A stretch of DNA of 63,883 nt, filler included, from Reclinomonas americana ATCC 50394 (Eukaryota): the NCBI GenBank assembly GCA_048213135.1. It is 5 parts of 2 records of this genome, joined end to end, with 100 filler letters (N's around TTAATTAATTAA, not from the genome) between each part and the next. Parts side by side here need not be neighbours in the genome. Positions count along the whole stretch, not along the records: positions 52,974 to 60,193 come from PS015093.1; positions 60,294 to 63,883 come from PS015093.1; 3 more parts are not named here. One strand, written 5' to 3'. Within the stretch, counting starts at the first letter, position 1. Each line of letters starts with the position of its first letter. Below the pieces are notes generated by a model. That model saw nothing but the letters and a program-made list of their open reading frames with translations. It was not told where the DNA came from and ran no database searches. Of this stretch, positions 53,404-63,883 are shown piece after piece. The translations under genes and the position numbers were made by a program.

Positions 53404-54376
53404 GCGTTTGCCTTGCTATGCGAGTGACCGGGAAATGCTTGGTTGATTGGCGTGGGCGGTGGAAAGGAAAGAGAGATTGAGGTGTTTGTGGGCGTGTGAG
53501 TGGAATGGCATAAGGAACTTGTGGTGGAGGAGGAGGAGGGGGAAAGGAATTCTACGCAGCATGAAAGCTGCAGCCGATTTCGAAATTTTCGATATTCGTA
53601 CCAGTTTTGCGCATGCAGTTGCAAGCCGCAGTGCAGCTCAAAAGAGACGAGAGATTGAGCTGGAGCGCAGTACATGCCAGCTACTGTCCTCCTAAGAAAG
53701 TTACGATGCTGTCTTCGATGGCAAATATGCGAACCGGCCAAGAACAATTCATTCGAATTCACCAACAAACATGCAACAGCTGTCTTGATGACCAAGTCCA
53801 GTACACGTGGCTGAACAGTGGATCTGAGGTCGACCGGATTTGACGCTGTTGTGAAAGCCAAGCGCAAGGGGCCAAGAAAGGTCACAGGCTAGCTCACCTC
53901 TAACGATCGCTCAGNNNNNNNNNNNNNNNNNNNNNNNNNNNNNNNNNNNNNNNNNNNNNNNNNNNNNNNNNNNNNNNNNNNNNNNNNNNNNNNNNNNNNN
54001 NNNNNNNNNNNNNNNNNNNNNNNNNNNNNNNNNNNNNNNNNNNNNNNNNNNNNNNNNNNNNNNNNNNNNNNNNNNNNNNNNNNNNNNNNNNNNNNNNNNN
54101 NNNNNNNNNNNNNNNNNNNNNNNNNNNNNNNNNNNNNNNNNNNNNNNNNNNNNNNNNNNNNNNNNNNNNNNNNNNNNNNNNNNNNNNNNNNNNNNNNNNN
54201 NNNNNNNNNNNNNNNNNNNNNNNNNNNNNNNNNNNNNNNNNNNNNNNNNNNNNNNNNNNNNNNNNNNNNNNNNNNNNNNNNNNNNNNNNNNNNNNNNNNN
54301 NNNNNNNNNNNNNNNNNNNNNNNNNNNNNNNNNNNNNNNNNNNNNNNNNNNNNNNNNNNNNNNNNNNNNNNNNNNN

Positions 54377-57300
54377 GAAGACCCCATCCTGAGGTGCACG
54401 TTTGACGGTGTTCAAGAGTACGCGGTGGAACGCCCGAGTGTGGTGTATATATATATATATACCCTGACAGCATGTCCCGTTTCGTCCGGAAAATGTATGG
54501 TCAAACCATGAGCGCTACTGGTCAGAACGTGGAAGGAGATTGGTCACTTCCGTAAGCCAAGAACGTAAAATTGACGGTGACCGACAAGCACTTGTCTGCA
54601 CAACACGCCACCTGCATGGTGGTGCTCAGCAAGGCCCCCCAGTCACGCCGCAGTGAAAAAACACAGTTTAGTTTCGCGACCATGCGGTGTATGGTAAACA
54701 TATGGTAGAACCATAGTCTGTGGTCAGAAGTGTGGTAAATTCCAGGTCTTATGGAAACTCTGTGGTCAGCGCACCATTCTTCTTACCATCTCTTGACCAT
54801 ACGCGAACAACACCTGCTGAGTGTGTGGTGGTCGATCCCCACAAGCACAGTTCTATGAATACCAACGCTTTCGAGTGCGTACACTCGTTTTCTATGCATC
54901 ACAAGTGCAACTCGGCAAAGGAGACAATCGCGACTGCGCGCGCTGCGGTCGGCGTCACGCATGCATCGAGTGGGGCACCACCGGCTACTCCACCTCAGCT
55001 CCACGCGCCTCTGGGAGCCAGGCAGCCACGTGCACAGCACACGAATGCTATCGGCAAACAGCGAGACTCCTAGAGTGGTGTGAGTATGCTAAGTCGACAT
55101 CGACTGTGGACTGTGCAGACAACATGCACACGCACAACTCGTTCCACGGGATACTGCCGCCAAGTGAGGAACGCACGGCTGCGACGTGGCACAAACAAGG
55201 CTTGCATCACTGCGTGGGTGAAGCCAACAAAACAAGCCATGTCGTGAGTTGCATACTCACACACACGCACTCACACACGCAAGCGTGCACATAGATACAC
55301 ACAGCAACACGTGTGAACGCACCAACACACACACACAGATGCACCGTGTGTGTCAAGCACAGCGCTATTGACATTGTTCCGATGTGCATGCGTCATGCAT
55401 CATCTCTGCGTGCGTGACGCAGCGGCGTTGCAGTGTGTGGCAGAGTTGACACGGCTACTGTCGCATGCTGCGAAGGATACCAGCACTCGATGCGTCACCG
55501 CTCGGCTAGCTATCAACGAAGAGCTGTGAGGCCTGAAGGATCAGTCGGCTGGCTGGAAACTCGTCAAAGTTGATCACACTTGCTTGCAGCGGCTTGAGCG
55601 CGTTCTGCATGCTGTTAGCAGCTGCCTGCTCACTCGCTCCCTTGCCTGTCGTGGTGGTGGTGGTGAGAACACTCCACCATGATCACACTCGCTGCGCGAG
55701 TGATCGCACCACTGCCGATCGGAAAAATCGACGGCTCTCGTGTGTGACACCAAGGGCGACCAGCGATCACTCACGCACGCTGCCACGCCGCTCACTCTCT
55801 ACCCTCCCCCACTGGCGACTGTCAGCGGTGTTGCGCTGCAGCGGCATCGACTCGGCGACGCAGTTCGCAGTGCACACACACCGACAACACACGCGGTGGG
55901 CCATCGTCACGCGCACGCAGGCGATCGTGCAGCGCCGTGCTGTGGGATAGACACGGTTGCCTGGATGAGCGCCCCACTCAAAAGCGATCGACGTGCGTGG
56001 AACAGTACTTGCACCAGTGCCAGTGCGCCGCGGCGAGAGCGTCGCCACATCGCACACACTCACTTGCACACGAAACCACACGGAGAAGCGAGAGGAGAGT
56101 TACTGCGCTGCCAGTGCACGAACGTGCGCTGGTCGTGCCGCTGCGTGTCTTGCACAGTGCGATCGCTCGTCCGACGGCTGATCGACGGCGTGGACGGTGA
56201 ACTGCGACGGCTATGGAGGCCGACGACGACTTCGGAGGGCAGCCCAGGCCTCTGGAAGGCCGGCCAACTCGAGCCAAGCGAAGCCAGATGAAGGAAAAGT
56301 GTGCATGGCACCTAACAGAAAGTTCCTCGGACCTTCCAACGAGCAGAAAACGAACGGAGCTGATTTTGAGGGCAAACAGCTTGACAAGTGCTTGGACTTC
56401 GAGTTGATTTTCCGAAAGATTTTTTGTTTGCGAAGTGTGCGTTTCTGCGTGGTCCGTTAAGCATTTTGAGCTGATTAGGCGAGAGAACACACCTTTGGCT
56501 ACTGATGGCCGCTCACTTTGGCTCAAGGAAACATCTTGGTAGTGAGCTAGGGCTTCTAGGACGCAGCTGGAAGTTGCCCGAAGTCGGAGGACAGTCAAGT
56601 TTTGCGTGTTGCCGAGGCGCCGCCGCCACGCCACAGTGCGCTGACACTGCGCTCTGTGCGTCAGAGGGTGTGCCAACATGTTCCGCAGTGGGGCACCGTG
56701 TTTTTTCGGGGCGTGCACGCAACGGTGCGTTTTGTTCCCAGTGGACACTGTTTCCTGATGTCTGCTGTGGCCCGCCTCTGTGTGCACTGCACTCCAGTGA
56801 GGGCAGAAGGTGTTGAGGTATGCATATGCACTGATGTTGACCGCAAGTACCACCATCACGCACGCAACCCACGTGTTGGGCATCGCAAACACACGATTTC
56901 GCAGTGTTTGCGCGACTGCACACGCATCTTTCGTGTTCTCGCGTTCCAACATGGTGTACCGTGTAGGCCAGACCATGCCCTCCAAGGATATGCAGCGCGC
57001 CTCAAGGGTCTCGTGTTTTGCTCGACGAGTGCGTGTCTGCGAAGGGTCTGATTTTCACGCTGATGGGCGTGTGCGTTCCACTGTGCTGCACTGCAGTGGG
57101 TTTCGCTGGGAAACCATGGGTGGGTAGTCATCCTACTCGGTGGCGCTGAGTGTGCACAAGCTGTGCCTCTGCGACAGACTTTGCGTGTGAGTGGGAGTGG
57201 CGGTATCTCGTTCTGTTGTCTGATTCAACATGTGTTCTTGCGCTGTACGCTGTCTGTGTCAATGTTGCACGCCGCCGCAGTGAGGGTGTTGGACGCATTG

Positions 57301-58572
57301 TCGCGCTCGTCACACTGATTGTCGCGCGCTCACTGGCGACCACGAGCAGCACGCACAAGCGCTGTGCCAAGTCGTCCGTGTCACTTTTGTTCGATTGTCG
57401 TATTCTGTCTCTTGGCAAGCGCCGCCACCTTGCCTGGCCTTGCACGCGGACTGTGTATGCTGCACACAACTGGAGTGCACAGTCGACAGCGCCAGGCACT
57501 GCAGCGCACACGCAGCAGGCACACACACACGCAGAGTCTGTCTGTCTAGATCTGCATGTCCGGATCAATAATCCGCACTGAGATGTCTGTCGTTGCCACT
57601 CCGCCTTGACGCTGCGTGTGCCCACCATCAATGCCACTCACTCCAGTCAACTGCGCAGCATGCAGCATCGGCGGCCGCGGCGGAGGTGGTGGCATCTCCC
57701 GCACTCACGTTCCGTTTCGTCGGATATCTTCTCACATACATTTCTTCATATGTCTGCGTGAGCGGAGGTTGCCCTCAGCTTCTCTCGGTTGCTACCATCG
57801 GCGCCATGGCCTCCACTCTTATGTGCGCATGAGGTCTTCGCTGCTCTTGTTGCCAGGCAGGCTCAGCATCACAGCCACCTCCGATGGTTGTTTCTCCGAC
57901 AACTGTCTCCCAAGTGAGTGCCTCTTGCTCGTAAGTGAGTGCCTCTTGCTCGTGCTCTTGTCTCTCTGCGTGCCCCACTCTGTGGTTGGCTGTCGTCTGT
58001 GTGCCATTGAGGCGCGTGCGTGCGTGCGTGCGTGCGCGCGTGTGTGTTCCTTGTTGTGCAACATGCGTGACATGCGCGGAACATGTTTCCTGTTCCTCCG
58101 CCACTCCCTTTCTCACTCTCCTCTCTGCCACAGTAGCTCCAGCTTCGTCTGTGTTGACTGCGCTCTCCTCTGCTGCCATCAACTCGGCACAAGGAGCGCG
58201 AGAGTGAAAGGTGAGTTTGCGCGCGCTTTGGCGTTTTGTGCGGTGGGGTTTGCTTTACTGTTTGTGCGGGAAAAGACTTGGTCATTTTTCCGACCTCCTT
58301 CTCACTCACTGACTCGAGCAGGCGCCACCACCAACACGGGCTTGCTCATGCAACTGGTGGTGCACACCGCTGACACGGCAACAGTGGCCGGTGCAGCAGC
58401 GGCGACGAAGGTGGCGTGAACACCGGTACCGTCCACCACGACGCCATCGTAAAGGTGCGATAGCCTCGCGTACGCGCATGTGTGTGTGCGCGCGCGTGTG
58501 TGAGAGAGAGAGAGAGAAGCGAGCGATCACACAGAGAATGCATGATCATCAATCATCATCATCTCTCTCTTC

Positions 58573-58630
<58 letters not shown>

Positions 58631-60669
58631 ACAGTGTTCAAGCCAATGAACTTGCTGACTGCGGCGTCTGTGCACAGGTGTATCGCCGGTGACGAGAAGC
58701 AACCTTGCAAAGGTTAGAACCTGCGCGCGTCCCTTGTGTGTGGTGCTGTGATATGTGTGCTGACATCACTGCCTGATAAACGCAGCCGGGTTGACGCGGC
58801 AGCTGCTGCATGTTCAGCTGTCCCTATGCCGGGTTTCTGCTGGCAGCAGTGGATGTAGTTACACTGCCAACATTCTGTCTTCCTCTCTCCCGCTGCATTT
58901 GTGTTTTTACTCTCAGAATCACGAGCTGGGCGAGGGAACCTACTTCTCCAGTTCGTGTGCCACGCGTACGCTATCCACGCACCGGCAAGGCATGTGGCCT
59001 GCTGGGGCAGATCAACCTCACGGGGGGACCTGCTCGTCGGCGCTGTCGACGTCGCAGGGTCAGGCGGTGGTGGTGATCGACAAGGTGAGGAGTATTGAGA
59101 CAGAGCCTGCCAGCGAGGAAACACTGGAGGAGGAGGAGAGCTAGGTATAGCAGCGTGTGGCTGCGCGCTGTCGCGCGCGTGTGCGTGTGCATCTGCTGCT
59201 TGTTCGTGTTGTATCAGCAGTCATTGAAGCGCTTTCTGTATGCTGTACGCGTATCCGGGTGGGTGATATGGGCTCTGCACTGGGTTGTGAGGCAGTAGTG
59301 GTGGGCGCTGCTGCTGTGGGCAGCCAAGCGCAGTCGCGGCGCGGCGCGGCGCACCTGGGCAAGTTATGGTAATCTCTGTGGAAATCAACTGGTCGAGGCC
59401 GTAGCTCACCGTAATCCTGACCACAAACTGGCCAGAGTCAGACCAGTGCGAAGATATGGCTGTTCTCTGGTAACTACCATTGGCTTTCCATTGATTTACC
59501 ATACGCTGACCATTCGCTCCACCCTCCGCAGACCATAGTTTGCCTGTATTTTTACCTTCCGCAAGTCCGGAAAGTCGGTGTGGTAAGCACCATAGGTATG
59601 GAAATCACGCTGTGGACACCTATGGACACGTCCACAAGTATGGAATTTACCATACTTTCCATACTTTCTGATCCACAAGATGTTGGTAACTCCACTGAGG
59701 TCAAACAATGGACTTTTCCAGGAAGGGAGTGGAAAAATGATGGCAATTCCATGGAATTACCACACTGCGAACTATGGACGAAACGGGACATGCTGTCAGG
59801 GTATTACGTCGGCCAGGGTGCCGAGCGAGTGGAGATCACGGAGAGCTCCAAGCTGTTCAAGACGATCAAAAAGAACAACCAACAGAAGATCAAGGACAGC
59901 TGGAAGAAGCAGAAGTACACGGGTCACTGCCTCGACGTGTCTGGAGAGGAGAAGGCCAGTGGTTACTTCTTCAAGCGCGCGACTGGAGTGTCTGCAAAGG
60001 CGCTCAAGACGGCCATCCTGGTGCGCACCGACACACTGCCGACTGCCGCCAGAGTGCACGCGTACAGGCCTGCGGTCTCCAAGTACTGCCGACTGTGTGG
60101 TCTTCAACAGTCGGAGACGCCCATGCACGTCCTCAACAGCTGTCCAGCTCACGAGTGCGGATTGACGGTCAATGGTAATGAGATGCCGGCCGANNNNNNN
60201 NNNNNNNNNNNNNNNNNNNNNNNNNNNNNNNNNNNNNTTAATTAATTAANNNNNNNNNNNNNNNNNNNNNNNNNNNNNNNNNNNNNNNNNNNNAAAGTAC
60301 CTACGCCTCGCTCAAGCCGTTCAGGAGCGTACTGGCAAGCGAGTGGTGTTCGTACCGTTGGTCTTTGGCACTGGTGGCATTGTGTCGACACTGACGGCCA
60401 ATGGTCTGGCCGATTTGGTGCACAAGCATTCTGCCAGCCAGCGACGCAGTGACGATGAGACTGAGCGCCTGCTGCGCAGGTGCTGTGCGTCTGTCGCCCG
60501 ACATGATCATGTCATTTGGGCGGCACACGTGGCTGCCAGTATTCGCGTCACCTCTGCACGGCAGTAACTGCTGACACGTACTGGCTCTGCTTTCACGCAA
60601 CCAGCATGTCTTGCACGTTCTTCCCCTCCACCGCCATCACTGTACATAACGACGACGACAACAACAACA
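54377..60669 (+). mobile_element. 5'-truncated RLE-type (R2/NeSL/R4-like) non-LTR retrotransposon, interrupted by a DNA transposon and a gap
   Basis: 59802-60193 encodes W..Q..TG, ILVRTDTLPT and the zinc knuckle CRLCG...ETPMHVLNSC. 60294-60567 encodes the RLE end KYLRLA...FVPLVFGTGG. 54377-54448 is in frame with 59802 once the insert is removed. A (GAC/AAC)n tail lies at about 60648-60669. Confidence 0.85.
54462..59801. mobile_element. 5,340-bp TIR DNA transposon, probably CMC/EnSpm-like, with decayed internal genes
   Basis: Perfect 26-bp TIRs CCCTGACAGCATGTCCCGTTTCGTCC at 54462-54487 and its reverse complement at 59776-59801. TA on both sides. Dense TGG(T/A)(A/C)A-type subterminal repeats in both orientations over about 350-450 bp at each end. 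The superfamily call is inferred from the ends only. Confidence 0.9.
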
Positions 60670-61523
60670 TTGTGTCTGTGGTCAACGTCGTCTTCAACCC
60701 TCAGTCCTCTGGTTTTCTCACTGTGCGGCCACCGGTCAGTGGCTGTCACAGTGGTTGAAATCACTGATGCGACAACAATGACAACAACAACAACAACAAC
60801 AACAACTGCGCCCACCACCAGCNNNNNNNNNNNNNNNNNNNNTTGTTGTCCTTGACAGCGGGGGGATCGCACTGCCAACACGGAGCATCCAGCGCGACTG
60901 CCACCACCGATCTACTTGTTCCACTTGCCGCAGCTCGCGTTCCACGTCGCTGCATACATGCATGCGATGTGAGGGCGACAGAGCTCGAGGTGATCATGAT
61001 CATGAGGTTTCTCGTGTCAATTGCAATACATACCTCATGATCACAGTCCGCTGCAGAGCCACTCGCAGCACGTGCGCAGTGACGAGCGCCGTGGTCAGTG
61101 CCGCGTCAGTGGGAGGCGCAGTGACGGTGGTCGGTGTGGGAAGACGCGCGAGTGCCTCTTGCAGCAGGTTGCGCATGCGAATTCGAAGTCGCTCTGCTTG
61201 CAGTGCGCATGCTGTGTTGTTGTTGGGGGCGATTGCAGGAGTGGTGAGCGATGAAGATGAGTTGCAGGAAGCGGCGGAACGCGTCACCCATGCCACACGA
61301 TCTGCCACATCGACGCGGCGACACGAACGAGAGGAGGCATCGACGTTCGCGTATCTGCGCCGTTGTCTCACAGTGCTCTCTTCTCTCGTGCACACGCGAC
61401 ATATAAGCACTCGAGTCTCTCGTGATGCTGTGAGCGGAAGTGTGGCGTGAGCTTGTACCAACTTCCGCTGTCATTTCCGGCAAAGTCCGGCCAATCTTGT
61501 CCTCAACAAACTCACGCGATGCG

Positions 61524-63016
61524 ATGACGAACGGACCAGAGTACGACTTGTTGCGTTCGCCGTGTCGCTTTCACACGTGACTGCGCTGACTCATTCCCTT
61601 GACAGCATTCCTGACCGCGAAGGCTTGTCCACTCATGCCTTTTTCACACGCCACGAATGTTGCTGACCGTCTCGCCCGCAGTGACGGAGACTCTGCTGTT
61701 CTCAGAGGAAGACTCTCGCCAGCCTCCTGGTCTGCGCATGGTGTACACTGCTGGTGCGTGTACCTCGTCGTGTGCGACTCTTCGCATGATCTGTTGATCA
61801 TGACAGTGGCCACTTGCGCATGCGCAGCGAATGCATGTGTTGTGAGGTGGAAGATTGATGGCTTTTGGCAAGACACAGAGCCTCCCGTGTCGCCCATTAT
61901 TGAGTGCGCAGGCTGCAAGTGGTGCTTGGCAACCTCGATCGAAACCATATGATGCTGCGCCCTCTCACTCCGCTGCCCTCCCTCCGTGCAGGCGCCTTCT
62001 CGCGTTCCCTCACGGCTGGGAGACCAGCGGCTGTTTATCTCTCTTTCTCGAATCATACGACATGGCGGACTTGGCTGCGAGAATGTCAAATTGGGGGACG
62101 CGCGTGGTAAATCTGTTCGTCAATAATGCTGCGCATGCGGCCTACGTTTTTCCACCTGACGTTCGATGAACTAAAACTCTATGTGCGTACGCGTGGCCGA
62201 CTGCCTGCAGCAAACGCGTCTTTCTTCCCGCAACTCCCAATGCAGAGTTTGCTGTGGCTGTTGTCAGTCAGCTTCCTGGACTGGGACGTCGACATCCGTC
62301 AAAATTTGCAAGTTGTGTTGACTCTATCAGCTTGGTGCGTGCTGTGCCTGCGTGGTTCTCACTCGTATCGAAAAGTATCGAAAAAGCGGTTCCATGTCAA
62401 TTTGGATGACTGGTGCTCGGGAGTGCAACAGTTGATGTCACACGAAGATTTGCAACGCGATGGCTTGTTGCGTCGCGTGGAGTCGAAACACGTCGCGTCA
62501 TCTCGATGCTGACAGTGCTGCTGGTGATGGCAGTGTTGTCGACGACACGGTGGTGGTGGAATTGCAGCTCTTTGCCTGGCAATGGAAGGATACATACCAC
62601 TATCCTGATGCTCCGGATTCTGGTACGTGGTCAACAATGTCTGCGCTATCGATATCGTCCCTGGTCCTCATGTTGACGGTTATCTTTTCTCCGCCAGGAT
62701 TTCTGGGGCCAGCACCGGTGGGTCACACCTAAGCACCATCCTCTCTCCCGGTCATGCACGGACAAATGCTCACAAAGTGTGCTTGTACTGGCAGACCGAG
62801 GATGATGGCTACATGCTTGACAATCTGGACCACCTCATGGAAGTGCGTCGTGCGTTGGCCGCTCCACAGCATGCGGCACAAATGGAGCTCGAGGCCGCCC
62901 GACGTGCATCGGAGGCCGTTCTGGCACTCGATGACTCAGACTGGTGCCTCGTAGATGTGGTGATGCGGTGCTGCATGGTTTGCGAGGCAGAGATAGTCTT
63001 GTTCCGCTTGTCTTGA
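61524..63016 (+). CDS. MATH/TRAF-domain protein with a C-terminal helical box shared with the WD40 gene
   Basis: Spliced MATH motifs VVRWKIDGF...SPIIECAGCKW-RLLAFPHG...CLSLFLE, FAVAVVSQ, KRFHVNLDDWCSG..LMSHEDL..DGF-VVDDTVVVEL, with stop TGA 63014-63016. Confidence 0.82.
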
Positions 63017-63093
63017 ATTGTGGACATGATGCAGTATATATTAAAATCTCTCTCAGTTTGCTATTGCATTCTCGACGTAGCAGCCGACGAGGT

Positions 63094-63709
63094 TTACAAA
63101 GGACTCTCGCGTCCCATGAAAGGTACAATTCGAGAACTCGCAGCGAGATCGAGATCACGACGTCGCGTACGATTCTCGACCGATTCGTACGTAATCACGA
63201 TATCGATGGCCGCGATTGTGTTGCGTGCTCCCCTGAGTCGCTGCAACAACATCCTGCACCGACTCATTACCTTCACCCATGCAGTCATCCGGAGCCGAGA
63301 AAGAGCGTCGGTTCGTCACACGCACACGCATACCCTCTCGCTGCGACGTCGACGTCGTCATCTCCTCTCCACCAGCTTGCAAGGTCCAGATCCACCGGCA
63401 CAGCCCAGACTTTCTCCCCCAACTCTAACCTTCTCACCACCACGCACCGCACCTTCCATCTCTCTTGCTGTCCCACACACTCGAATTTTGGCGCGAAAAA
63501 CCGCAAAGTACAGAATGGCCTCGTTTGGCGGCGCCTCTCTCGCCTCCTCCTCCTCGACGGCCTCCTCCTCCTCGCCCTCGCTCGCACAAGGCGCGCCAAG
63601 TGTGCCTCTGGTGCACCACGCAGCGCAGCAGGATGCACAGTCAATGGTCTCCTCGGCCTTCTCACTGATGCCCGTGGATGAGCCTTCGTCGTTTCTCTCA
63701 TCGGCGCAG
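63094..63709 (-). CDS. 3' exons of an uncharacterised acidic protein (5' end unresolved)
   Basis: Open exon-like segments EEEEAVEEEEAREAPPNEAILYFA, LELGEKVWAVPVDLDLASWW and TIAAIDIVITYESVENR...SPL*, separated by intron-like spacers. Confidence 0.4.
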
Positions 63710-63841
63710 GTGTGTGTGTGTGAGAGGAGAAGGGAGAGAAGAGAGAGGGAGAAGAGCGAGGGAAAGAGAATGAATCTTGTGTTTAGTCTCTCTCACTCAC
63801 TCACTCTCTCTCACGCACTCTCTCGCACACACGGGCAGCAG

Positions 63842-63883
<42 letters not shown>

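Noticed and set aside
53400-53914. ORFs upstream of the retrotransposon gap as its 5' part or as a target RNA gene
   Set aside because: I could recognise no RT motifs and no snRNA, SL RNA, tRNA or rRNA sequence.
60843-61483. Possible - strand gene (ERLRIRMRNLLQEALARLP...)
   Set aside because: No consistent exon chain or recognisable domain, and it is truncated by a gap. Not supportable as a feature.

Overview
Draft, gap-rich genomic DNA from a GC-rich, intron-dense microbial eukaryote. Most introns are about 55-80 nt with CTCAC/CTGAC branch points; some are long and filled with microsatellite. I do not name the species. Manual splicing gives about 16 genes. Recognisable ones are a DNAJB12/14-like co-chaperone, an AT-hook protein, a bacterial-type AAA-ATPase/PD-(D/E)XK nuclease, an intronless 7-bladed WD40 gene with an in-frame TGA, a USP25/28-like deubiquitinase, MCTS1, an RDH-like SDR, a coiled-coil/SH3 protein, a calmodulin-like protein, MDM34, an ADCK1/ABC1 kinase and a MATH-domain protein; the remainder are uncharacterised. 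A 5.3-kb TIR transposon (CCC...GGG ends, TA target) is nested in a truncated RLE-type non-LTR retrotransposon. Two signals stand out. (1) About 20 intron donors carry an extra U after GT (GTTGCGT, GTTGAGT, GTTTCGT) alongside the unshifted versions, moving the normally conserved +5 G to +6. (2) An unnamed C-terminal motif of about 50 aa is shared by the WD40 and MATH proteins, which suggests a lineage-specific family of ubiquitin-ligase substrate adaptors. Several small contigs appear mis-oriented. The TTAATTAATTAA linkers and TACG-type noise are assembly artefacts. All gene models and family calls come from reading the sequence by eye, not from database searches.
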